Shown: positions 1 to 8,823 of the stretch, piece by piece
Layout of the letters: every line of letters begins with the position of its first letter
How positions within the stretch are numbered: the first letter of the stretch is position 1
From: Candidatus Hodarchaeum mangrovi
GTDB taxonomy: Archaea; Asgardarchaeota; Heimdallarchaeia; Hodarchaeales; Hodarchaeaceae
DNA: 37,014 nt
NCBI GenBank assembly: GCA_016839515.1
Contig: JAEOUE010000126.1
Span: forward strand, 1-37,014
Reading direction: 5' to 3'
The notes under the pieces: model-generated
Told to the model about the DNA's origin: nothing
The model's input: only the letters and a program-made list of their open reading frames with translations
Databases searched by the model: none
Made by a program: the position numbers and the translations under genes

Positions 1-753
1 AAAATTAAATTATTAATCAGAAGTGATAAATTCATAGATTACCAAAATGATATTATTGCTCATTCTATTGAATATTTGGGGATTAATGAGGAACAAATAG
101 TTCGTTGTGAAATTGAACCAATGTTACGAAATTTTGGATCGGAAAACCTGATTCCAGGATCTACTCGTGAAATTCCCACATTGTATCATCCATTGAGTCA
201 TTCTATTCTAAAAAGTACATTAAATACTGAATTAGAAGGAACTTTTGGGATGGTGGGTGAAGCAAGTACTGGACGAGAGAAAATGCTGCATAAAATAATT
301 GCTTATAATAAATTACGCTCCCGGTTACAGATGACAGTTGCATATTTCACGGCAGAAACTGAAAATCGTATTTTAATAGGCACAATTAATAAAACAGAGT
401 TATTAACAGGACTCTTTACAATATGGGGCCATAGTCACTGCTCTGATTTAATGCCACTTGGAAATTTGTATCGAAGCCAGATTTTACAGATAGCAGAGGC
501 ATTATCTGTTCCGATGGATATTAGAAGTGCAGCTAAAGCAGATTTGTTGCCAGGTATTGAGAATAAATATATACAATTCTTCAATCTTTCTGCTAATGAG
601 GTCGATCGTGTATTGATCAGATTAGAACAAGGATTATCTCTAGAAGAAATAATTAAAGAAACTTCTTACTCTAGTGAATCTATTGAAAAAATTAATTTAT
701 ATTTTAATTCTTCTGCATATTCAAGAGCTGCGCCATTAATTCCCAAAATTTAA
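1..753 (+). CDS. NAD+ synthetase (NadE)-like protein, 5'-truncated by the window edge
   Basis: The frame is open from base 1 (KIKLLIRSDKF...), upstream of the ORF-track TTG at 76. NadE-like motifs: KLRSRLQM, LIGTINKTE, GLFTIWG, DLMPLGNLYRSQILQIA, ADLLPG. Clear paralog of 2575-3525. Confidence 0.75.
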   Translation, partial: KIKLLIRSDKFIDYQNDIIAHSIEYLGINEEQIVRCEIEPMLRNFGSENLIPGSTREIPTLYHPLSHSILKSTLNTELEGTFGMVGEASTGREKMLHKIIAYNKLRSRLQMTVAYFTAETENRILIGTINKTELLTGLFTIWGHSHCSDLMPLGNLYRSQILQIAEALSVPMDIRSAAKADLLPGIENKYIQFFNLSANEVDRVLIRLEQGLSLEEIIKETSYSSESIEKINLYFNSSAYSRAAPLIPKI

Positions 754-790
754 TATTCATATTATGACTTTTTTTAATTTTTCTCTCATA

Positions 791-2269
791 TTATATTAGA
801 TTGAAAATGAAAGCAAGGGCAGATAAATAAATCCCACTGAACAAGAGAAGTAATAGTGAGATAGGAACAAGTCTTTTCATAAAATATTTAAAATTTAATG
901 GTCGCCCTTCTTTTGTTAGAATTGAGAGTGCTAAAATTGAAGCTGCGGAACCAAAAGGGGTAAGACCGCCTCCAAATGCACCAGCGAACACTAGCATGAA
1001 CCAAAGATATAATGGATGACCTGCTGTAGAGGGGAGCGTACTTATCTCTTTGACAATTGGAATTAATGCAGCTGTTACAGGTATATTATCAAGTATTCCA
1101 CTCACAAATGAGGAAATGACTAATATAAGCATTCCAGATGAAAAAAGATCCCCACCACTTATTTCTGATATTATGAGGGCAAGATCTTCCAAAATATGTG
1201 TCGATTCTAGTGTTCCTACGAGGATGAATAGACCAGCAAAGAAAAGGAGAGTATCCCAAGATAGTTCGCGGAGAAGTTTCTTTTCATCAGTCCTTGTTAA
1301 AACAACTGCAAGGACTCCTCCTAGGATTGCTATAACACCAATAGGAATACCGATACTATCAGCTAAAATGAATCCCAGAATCGTAACACATAATGAAAGA
1401 GCAGCCAAATAAAATTTTCCTTTATCTTCGACAACTCCCCATTCATCTAACGATAAAATCATCTCAATGTCAATATTTGAGCTGTTATTGCTATTGAAAG
1501 GTATTTTTTCAGGAGGAAAAACTCTTTTGAGATAATAGATAGTAAATGGGATAGTACTTAGTAGAAAAGGGATTGAAACAATTAAAAAGTCTATAAAACT
1601 CATTCCTGCCGCAGCTCCTACCATTATTGCAGGAAGAGAACTAACAAGAGTAGCCATTCCTGCCAAGCTAGTAGCTAAAACACTTGCTAATAGAAATGGG
1701 GTTGGATCATAATCAAGACCATTACATACTGTTAAAATCATAGAACTGACTAATATCATTGCAGTAACATTAGCCAAAACTGTACTGAGAGCAAAAGTTA
1801 GAATAAAGGTTAACACGAATAGAGGAAATACATTTCCTTTGCTAATTTTTAACATTCGTATTATAATCCAGTCAAAAAGGCCGGTATGCGATGTAGCAGC
1901 TATTAATATCGACATCCCAAAAACAACTGCTAAGACTCCCCATTCCATAAACCCTTGCTCCTCTGTAGTGAGAATAATTTTAGACCAGTTGAAATTCTCG
2001 ATAAGTAATTGTGAAAGAAGTAGAGAGATCGAACTCGCTACAAAGATTATAGTAATTTGAAGATGATGAAATTTAGCAACTAAAATAAAAGTACCTACAA
2101 AAATTAATCCAAAAAGAAACATAATACCTAATTTACTATCTACAGAAAAGACTAAAATAAGAAATACTAAAGCAATAAATATGAATATAATAATTAGGGA
2201 ATTCTTCAAAAAATCATCTTTCTTTTGTAAGTAAATCTCTTTGAATTTCTGTTTATATTCTTTGAACAC
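791..2269 (-). CDS. ArsB/NhaD/SLC13-like (P-protein-like) ion/anion permease
   Basis: Polytopic membrane protein with LANVTAMIL, WDTLLFFAGLFILVG, SGILDNIPVT and GGGLTPFGSAAS motifs typical of the IT-superfamily ArsB/NhaD group. Confidence 0.8.
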   Translation of the reverse strand: MFKEYKQKFKEIYLQKKDDFLKNSLIIIFIFIALVFLILVFSVDSKLGIMFLFGLIFVGTFILVAKFHHLQITIIFVASSISLLLSQLLIENFNWSKIILTTEEQGFMEWGVLAVVFGMSILIAATSHTGLFDWIIIRMLKISKGNVFPLFVLTFILTFALSTVLANVTAMILVSSMILTVCNGLDYDPTPFLLASVLATSLAGMATLVSSLPAIMVGAAAGMSFIDFLIVSIPFLLSTIPFTIYYLKRVFPPEKIPFNSNNSSNIDIEMILSLDEWGVVEDKGKFYLAALSLCVTILGFILADSIGIPIGVIAILGGVLAVVLTRTDEKKLLRELSWDTLLFFAGLFILVGTLESTHILEDLALIISEISGGDLFSSGMLILVISSFVSGILDNIPVTAALIPIVKEISTLPSTAGHPLYLWFMLVFAGAFGGGLTPFGSAASILALSILTKEGRPLNFKYFMKRLVPISLLLLLFSGIYLSALAFIFNLI

Positions 2270-2574
2270 TCTTTTACCCTGCTATTTATTACAAATGCAT
2301 TTTTAGTCACTAGATATTTAGTAGGAGGTTTTGTGACATGATTCTGAAGAATTTGCTTTTAATTAAGTTTAATTAAATCCTTAAAGTATAAATTAGAATT
2401 GAGTAGATAATAATTCTGATGAGTCTTTTGAACTTAATTCAATTTTTGTTGATTTTTATAAAAAGCTAAAAAATATTTAACTCACATCTATTCTAATTAT
2501 AAACAATAAATATATCCAATAAATAGAATATTACAATTAAAATTCGTTATAGATTTAATTAATTAGGAGTTTAT

Positions 2575-3525
2575 TTGATGGAAATCGATGAGAAGTTAAA
2601 AATTAATCCTAGTAAAGTAGAGAAGGAAATTCTTGATTTTATTCAAAAAATAATCACACCTCGTGAAATTGAGGGATTTGTGATTTCATATAAATATTGT
2701 TTGGAAACTCTCCTTAGCGTATATATTGCTAGTAAAGTTGTGGGAAAAGAAAATGTAAAATTACTTGTAACCAAAGGACGCTTTATTAATAAACAACCAC
2801 GTGAAACAATGACTATTGAAGCGATAAATACTTTAATTGATCTCCCGGTTGAAAATGTTATAATTGTGAATAAGGAACAAATTTTACGTGAAATAAATCA
2901 AGCTATCTCTGGCTTTCAAGAATTAAAGCCTGGATTTTATTTTTCTGATTCATTGCCTGGATTGAATTATAACCTTGGATATTTTCTATTAAGAAGTATG
3001 GCCCAAGGAAATATGGAAGAAAAAACTTTTGCGTCACCTGAAAAAAGACCTAAAACTGGACGAGAAAAGTTTATTCAAAAAACTATTGCTGCTTATAAAA
3101 GTCAGATCAGATTAGGTGCATTATTAGCTTTTAATTTAGCAGAATCAGAGAATTATTCCGTGATAGGAATAGTAAATAAATCTGAATGGCTATTAGGATT
3201 ATTTACAAAGTTTGGGACGTTTCAAGCAGCTGATATTCTCCCTTTGGCTGATCTATATCGTACTCAAGTTGTTCAACTTGCTGAGTATCTTGGTTTCCTT
3301 AAACACATAAATTCTACTCTAACTCCAGGATCTTCTGATTTTCATGGGATATTCAATGTTTCAATCGAAGAAATTGATCGAATTTTAATCAGATTGGAGG
3401 AAGGTTACGAGTTTTCAAGAATTATTGAGGAAGTTGTGGTTTCAGAGCAGATAGTTAAAAAAATAGCCCATTTTTATAATGTTTCTCAGTATGCACGAAA
3501 AGTTCCATTGATCCCTAAATTCTAA
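2575..3525 (+). CDS. Divergent NadE-like protein lacking the SGGxDS PP-loop (probable pseudo-enzyme)
   Basis: NadE layout retained (EILDFIQK, VGKENV, GIVNKSEWLLGLFTKFG, DILPLADLYRTQVVQLAEYLG), but the PP-loop position reads VISYKYCLET. A GGAG RBS precedes ATG 2578. Confidence 0.75.
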   Translation: MMEIDEKLKINPSKVEKEILDFIQKIITPREIEGFVISYKYCLETLLSVYIASKVVGKENVKLLVTKGRFINKQPRETMTIEAINTLIDLPVENVIIVNKEQILREINQAISGFQELKPGFYFSDSLPGLNYNLGYFLLRSMAQGNMEEKTFASPEKRPKTGREKFIQKTIAAYKSQIRLGALLAFNLAESENYSVIGIVNKSEWLLGLFTKFGTFQAADILPLADLYRTQVVQLAEYLGFLKHINSTLTPGSSDFHGIFNVSIEEIDRILIRLEEGYEFSRIIEEVVVSEQIVKKIAHFYNVSQYARKVPLIPKF

Positions 3526-3537
3526 TAATTGGGTTTT

Positions 3538-3614
3538 AAATAATGAAAAATCACTCAAGAGAAATAGATTTTATTGAAGACATCTACATAAAACCTTGAG
3601 TGATATTGATATTT
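3538..3614 (+). other. Long hairpin with tandem G.A/A.G core (SECIS/K-turn-like) between convergent genes
   Basis: ATCACTCAAG 3550-3559 pairs with CTTGAGTGAT 3595-3604. Flanked by ATGAA 3543-3547 and TGAT 3607-3610. Apical mini-stem TAGAT 3565-3569 / ATCTA 3582-3586. Confidence 0.45.
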
Positions 3615-3753
3615 TTTACAGGGTTATTTGGCAATTTAGGAGTAAGAGGTGTTGATGATAGAACAAATATATTATATTTTTATGTTTAAGTTTTTATGAA
3701 ACTCCTTAAAAACTTAAAATTAATAAGGAAGGCTATTGTCAATATTATACTCA

Positions 3754-4551
3754 TTATTTACGGAAAATTTTTCTATAGATAACGAATATGATTCCAGCTG
3801 CAATTCCTGTTAGATCTAGAATTATTAATTGAGGATGTCCCAGATAATTAGTAAGAGAGGTGGTTCCATTATCTAATGGGTAGTATATTTGTATTGAAAT
3901 ATCAATATAAGGTGAATCATCATATCCCAACCTTTCCCAAAATCCTTTATAATCAGTTGTGGTCAAATTAATTAGTGCAACCCATTTAATCCATTTAAAT
4001 CCGTAAAATCGTGGACAGACTAATCTTAGAGGAAAACCATGTTCTTTGGGAAGAGGTTCACCATTCATTTCATAAGCTAGAATCACATCGTCCCAATATG
4101 CTTCATCAAGATTCAAAGAAGTAGAATAACCTTTAGTTGAAAGATCAGGTGTATGAAATGAGACATCTTGCACTTTATTCTTATCAATTTCAGCTAAATC
4201 AAGGATATAACTTAATTTTACACCTGTCCAATTTGCTACCCCAGTGTAATCACTTGCTCCATATTTAAATGAAATACATGATAATCTTACAATTTCCGAA
4301 GTGACTGGCATATTTCTAATTTCATTCAAAGTTAAGTTGAGGTTGTTCTTTACTGCTCCCTTTACCTGCAAAGTATAGGTTTCTGGATCAATATCGAAAT
4401 AATCGACCGAAATAACAAAAAATTCATCATTAGGAGTAATTGGAATTTCATCTGCACGGGATGATGTTGTAAAAACCATTAAAGAAAGACATAGAAAAGC
4501 ACTTAATAGAAGTGAAAGTGTTGTTGATGATCTATTTCTGAGGTTCATCAT
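3754..4551 (-). CDS. Sulfite-oxidase-family molybdopterin-dependent oxidoreductase, exported and C-terminally anchored
   Basis: Mo-ligating LSCIS, GVANWTGVKL, GYSTSL, LAYEMNGEPLPKEHGFPLRLVCPRFYGFKWIKW. N-terminal hydrophobic signal; C-terminal TM segment with a basic tail. Confidence 0.85.
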   Translation of the reverse strand: MMNLRNRSSTTLSLLLSAFLCLSLMVFTTSSRADEIPITPNDEFFVISVDYFDIDPETYTLQVKGAVKNNLNLTLNEIRNMPVTSEIVRLSCISFKYGASDYTGVANWTGVKLSYILDLAEIDKNKVQDVSFHTPDLSTKGYSTSLNLDEAYWDDVILAYEMNGEPLPKEHGFPLRLVCPRFYGFKWIKWVALINLTTTDYKGFWERLGYDDSPYIDISIQIYYPLDNGTTSLTNYLGHPQLIILDLTGIAAGIIFVIYRKIFRK

Positions 4552-4561
4552 GTAATCTCGG

Positions 4562-4579
4562 TAAGGATATTTATCCTTA
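4562..4579. promoter_or_regulatory. Perfect 8-bp inverted repeat (candidate operator)
   Basis: TAAGGATA-TT-TATCCTTA, about 10 nt upstream of the 4551 start codon. Confidence 0.35.
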
Positions 4580-4706
4580 AAAAAGACTTCTATGACTTTT
4601 TTCGTAATATAACTATAGTTAATTTTCTTTTTTAAAGAACCGAGACTTTTAAACTATTTTAGATGAAAAAACCATAAGAAAAGTATGTTAAATTCCTTTT
4701 GATGAG

Positions 4707-5774
4707 TTATTCTTGAATAAGATGCGTTAAAATATAATCTACTAACGGACTTTTCCGATTGATTGAAGAAATATCTTCCTGTACAATGAATGATATTGCA
4801 TGTCTATGATTTATCCTTCCACGAGGAGGTCGTGGGATTTTATTGACTACCATTATTATTTTTACGTTTGGGTCCATGTTTAGGTTATGGAGTGTTTTTA
4901 TCATACGAGGTGTAACAGAATTTTCAATAACTAAGATGTCAAATGGTGTAGAGTTATTCCACTTGGCAATTTTTTCAATTAAATAGTCTAATCTAGTGCT
5001 ATGTAAAGCTTTTATCCCTTTAACTAAGAAAATATTCGATAAAATATTAAACAGCTCTGTTTTCTCACAAACTATAAAAAGAACTTTCGGATCATGTTTT
5101 AAAATAGATTCTCCTAGATCATGCATTAAGCGATAAAGGATTTCAGAAATTTTAGCTTGGAGAATCTTATCAGTAATTAAATTCGATGCAACTTCTAGTA
5201 AATTTTCTAGAAGATCAATAGCATTCTTAAGAGCTAATGGATCAGAATCAGCAAAAAGCTGAACGGAACGCCAATGGAATATATCTAGAGGGATTTTGCT
5301 ATTGATTACATCATTGAAAAGATTCTGCAATTGCTCTCGTTTAATTTCTTCTAAAAGTTCCTTATCTTGGAGAAAGGCATTGATTTCATTGGTAAATAAT
5401 TCATTAATCTCAATCCAATCGAATGATAAATCTTCCATTTCACTCATAAATAGCTCAAGAAATTTTGTACCTACAAATTGTAACATTACTTTAATTGAGA
5501 ATGGTTGAAGTTTTTCTTCTCTTGGCATTACTATTGTAGCAACAATAATTTCACCTATAGTTTCAAAGTATAATTCGTCTTCTCCCATTTTTAAATACTC
5601 AAGAGATTTATGTTCTGCACTTAAAGAATCCGCAAAGTGTGATAATCCTGCTACGAATCCTGAAAAAAGGTTTTCATCAATTTGATAATCAGAATACGGT
5701 GCAGTATAATGGTAATAGCAGAGTCCAACCTTTGCAATTACCCAGAGATTTTTAATTATCATGGTAGGTTCCAA
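4707..5774 (-). CDS. Asgard-type longin-like domain protein with a C-terminal receiver-like domain
   Basis: N-terminal LWVIAKVGLCYY...IDENLFSGFVAGLSHFADSL longin-like pattern. C-terminal VLFIV...FDILVIE...VKIIMV beta/alpha pattern resembles CheY-like receivers. Confidence 0.55.
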   Translation of the reverse strand: MEPTMIIKNLWVIAKVGLCYYHYTAPYSDYQIDENLFSGFVAGLSHFADSLSAEHKSLEYLKMGEDELYFETIGEIIVATIVMPREEKLQPFSIKVMLQFVGTKFLELFMSEMEDLSFDWIEINELFTNEINAFLQDKELLEEIKREQLQNLFNDVINSKIPLDIFHWRSVQLFADSDPLALKNAIDLLENLLEVASNLITDKILQAKISEILYRLMHDLGESILKHDPKVLFIVCEKTELFNILSNIFLVKGIKALHSTRLDYLIEKIAKWNNSTPFDILVIENSVTPRMIKTLHNLNMDPNVKIIMVVNKIPRPPRGRINHRHAISFIVQEDISSINRKSPLVDYILTHLIQE

Positions 5775-5994
5775 ATAAATATTTGGGTTAAAATCTTGAA
5801 ATTTTTCCCCAAGCTAAAATAAATAAAAGTAATTGAATTGGAAATATACTGCTATATTATTAACCTTAGTATTTGCTAGCTGAGATTTAATTTCCTTTAT
5901 TGCAGTATTTTTTTTAGAATCCAACGATTATCATATGAAAATATCTTTGAGAATGACTCAATTATTTTCTTTGAGTATATAATAATGTTGATTC

Positions 5995-6405
5995 ATGATG
6001 TTAAGGTCAAAAAGCAGACTTATTAGTGGATTGTCAACTCTAACTGATGACGGGAGAACCCATCAGGTAAGAACTGATCTTCCTCCTGAACAAGGTGGAG
6101 AAAATCAAGGAACTTCTCCTCTAGAACTTGTTGTCATGGCTTACTCTAGCTGTACGGTTACTTTATTCAAATTGATTGCTGAAAGAAAACGAATATCTAT
6201 CGATGATCTTGAAGTAATCGTAGAAGCAGAGAAACCAGACCCAATGGGGACAATTTTAAGCTTAAAGTCAATAATACGCGTAAAATCCATCGAAACCCAA
6301 GAAAAATTAGAAAAAATAATGGATATGGTCATTAAATCATGTCCTGTAGGAGCTATTATTGAAAAGGCTAATATTCCAAGTTTAATGTCCTTAGAAAAGG
6401 TTTAA
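5995..6405 (+). CDS. OsmC/Ohr-family protein
   Basis: TDLPPEQGGENQGTSPLEL plus two conserved Cys (SSCT, KSCPVG). Confidence 0.9.
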   Translation: MMLRSKSRLISGLSTLTDDGRTHQVRTDLPPEQGGENQGTSPLELVVMAYSSCTVTLFKLIAERKRISIDDLEVIVEAEKPDPMGTILSLKSIIRVKSIETQEKLEKIMDMVIKSCPVGAIIEKANIPSLMSLEKV

Positions 6406-6438
6406 TCCTGTAATGAGGGGAAAATTAGATAGTTCTAG

Positions 6439-7686
6439 TTATTTAGCCAATTCATCTAAATCATAAATTACTTGGAGTACCAATTCTGCAGCACAAGCAA
6501 TACTAGCTCCATTTAACCTTTCTGGGGTATCTTGGAGGGTATGCCAATCCATAGGAACCCCATTGGTTGAAAGACCAAATAGAGTTGTTGCGTGTATTCC
6601 TTTTCTTGAAAAGTTGGCAGCATCTGAACCTGCGAACGTTAATGGTTTTACCGTTACAGATAGTTCCAATTTTATAGCAGCTTTTTCAATTATCTGGATT
6701 AAGGGTAATGAGTGTTTTGCTAGGAACATCGTTTCTCTAGTTGCAAGTAGAAAGGTTTCTGCACTTAAACATTCAAGATTAAAAAGAAATGCATTACGTT
6801 CTATTAATTCTTCTTTGTGAAGAGAAACAAATCTTTTAGATCCGCGCATATGTTCCTCACCTGCAAAACTAATTAGCCAAACTTCAACATTTTCAGGTAA
6901 ATTATTAACAAGATATTTTCCAACTTCTAAAACCGCAGAAACAGCACTAAGATTGTCATTTGCACCAAGAACTCCACGATTTGATCGTAAAAACATCCCA
7001 AGAATAAGAATTAGTATGATTCCAGGGACAAATGAAAAATATTGTATTAAATCGATTAAAAACAAATTAGTCAACTTATTAAACAGTAAAATTGTTTTGA
7101 GAACTCCAAGTAGAATATTAAGGACGGTTATGAATACTAATCCAAAAATAAGAAATTTAGACTTTTCTCCTAATTTACTCAGGAGAGGAAATTCATATGC
7201 TGAATCATGATGCCCTGATATTAAAATAAGTTTCTTTACTTCCATACTAGGCTTAATCTTTCCTATTATATGATAAGAGGTTTTTTTAGGGTAGAGGAAA
7301 TCAACAACCTCCCAGAGTAACAATTGTTGGACAAAGTAGATACCTAATCCTAAAATAAATAAAAAACTAGAAATTAAAGGGTGAAGGAAGATATAAGTAA
7401 TTATCCCTCCAAAATATAATGCTACAATTATCCAAATAAAGTCTAAGAATCCTTGGGGATGACAAGTAAATTCTTCTTGCTCAACAGAATCACAAATCAG
7501 ACTCATTTCCTTATATATTAAATCTCCAGCATCTTTTTCTTCTTTTGTTCCACCAATGCGAGGACCAATGTTTTCACAAATATTATTGATGAATTTTATC
7601 ATTCTTTTACCAGAGGGGTCTATCCTAGGAATTTTCTTAACATTCAACTCAGTTAACCAACCAACGAAAATTTCCGAACCAATCAA
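6439..7686 (-). CDS. Membrane-embedded M28-family Zn aminopeptidase
   Basis: IGPRIGGT, GHHDSA, GANDNLSAV, FAGEEH, NLECL, GSDA and WHTLQDT, with two inserted TM hairpins. Confidence 0.85.
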   Translation of the reverse strand: MIGSEIFVGWLTELNVKKIPRIDPSGKRMIKFINNICENIGPRIGGTKEEKDAGDLIYKEMSLICDSVEQEEFTCHPQGFLDFIWIIVALYFGGIITYIFLHPLISSFLFILGLGIYFVQQLLLWEVVDFLYPKKTSYHIIGKIKPSMEVKKLILISGHHDSAYEFPLLSKLGEKSKFLIFGLVFITVLNILLGVLKTILLFNKLTNLFLIDLIQYFSFVPGIILILILGMFLRSNRGVLGANDNLSAVSAVLEVGKYLVNNLPENVEVWLISFAGEEHMRGSKRFVSLHKEELIERNAFLFNLECLSAETFLLATRETMFLAKHSLPLIQIIEKAAIKLELSVTVKPLTFAGSDAANFSRKGIHATTLFGLSTNGVPMDWHTLQDTPERLNGASIACAAELVLQVIYDLDELAK

Positions 7687-7723
7687 ATAAATTCTTAATA
7701 TAATTTATTGATTTTTACTTGAA

Positions 7724-8395
7724 TTAAGAGGAGTTATTTTTCATAGTGGGAAGAGATGTTACAGAATCATTTTGGTCGAAATAGACTTTATTTTCGTCAT
7801 GATCCCGTTTTTTCCGTACCTCAGAAGATGATAAAAGGTCTTTAATATTATTTTTACGGATAGAGTCAAAAATTATAGGTACTAGATCAAGTACTCTTGA
7901 ATTTTCACTGGAAAATATCATTGAAACAAGATTAGATGTTAATGCAAAATCATCTGGACAAACAAAGTTAGTTTCACTAATTTGAAGTTGTATCTCAAAC
8001 ATTTTTTCAAATGAGGTAGTTAATTCAATTAATTTCTTTCTAAATACAGGGATTTCTTTATTTACAATTAATACAGAAAGAAGATTCTCACGATCCTCAA
8101 TTAAAACCATTTTTTCTTTTAAATCTATAGTATTAATTCGTGCGTTTGAGTCCACAATTTCTCTCATCATTCTTGTTAACGCTGTAAATCCCATTCCTAC
8201 AAGTTGAGTTTCAATTTGAGAAATCGGCCCAATTTGGAAATGGTGTGAGTATAAACATATTCCATCCATCGTACGAACTAGATATAAGGAAATTAAACCA
8301 TCATGCCAGTCACTAAGAAATTGTTCCGACTTGAATATATAAAATCGGTTCAAAAACTGATGAAAAGCACGAATTAAGGAGGTCATTTTCTTCAT
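7724..8395 (-). CDS. Asgard-type longin-like domain protein
   Basis: SLYLVRTMDGICLYSHHF...ETQLVGMGFTALTRMMREI...INTIDL...LLSVLIV pattern. Confidence 0.6.
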   Translation of the reverse strand: MKKMTSLIRAFHQFLNRFYIFKSEQFLSDWHDGLISLYLVRTMDGICLYSHHFQIGPISQIETQLVGMGFTALTRMMREIVDSNARINTIDLKEKMVLIEDRENLLSVLIVNKEIPVFRKKLIELTTSFEKMFEIQLQISETNFVCPDDFALTSNLVSMIFSSENSRVLDLVPIIFDSIRKNNIKDLLSSSEVRKKRDHDENKVYFDQNDSVTSLPTMKNNSS

Positions 8396-8517
8396 ATTTG
8401 TTATCGTAATAACTATATAATCTCAGAGGTTTTAAACGAAAAATTGATTACTTAAAAATGTAAGAGAAAATGTAGAAATAATTGGGATATTATATAGTTT
8501 AATCACCATAATTCTAT

Positions 8518-8820
8518 GTGAGTGCTAAACTGAAAGCGAAATGCCCGCTTACAAATAAGCAGTGTAGTTTATTCGTTCTTAATTGTAAGGGACGTTATGA
8601 ATGTCAAGGAATAGGCGTACTTACGAATTATGATAGTATAACAAAATGTCCGATAGCTGCTGAACGAGGAATTTTTTTCTCACGATATAAGAATTATCCA
8701 ATATGCTTTTTCTGTAATAAAAACAATGGAGTTCGAAAAGGCTTTATTTCTAAAAAATATCTAATTTATACTTGCGTTCATTGCTTTGTTAAATTAAAGA
8801 ATTTCGAAAAAAATATCTAG
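8518..8820 (+). CDS. Small Cys-rich hypothetical protein (probable Zn-binding)
   Basis: 9 Cys in 100 aa, including CFFC and CVHC knuckles. Confidence 0.6.
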   Translation: MSAKLKAKCPLTNKQCSLFVLNCKGRYECQGIGVLTNYDSITKCPIAAERGIFFSRYKNYPICFFCNKNNGVRKGFISKKYLIYTCVHCFVKLKNFEKNI

Positions 8821-8823
8821 AAA

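Noticed and set aside
2359-2376. TTAATTAA-GT-TTAATTAA palindrome
   Set aside because: Pure A/T arms in a very AT-rich spacer; likely chance.
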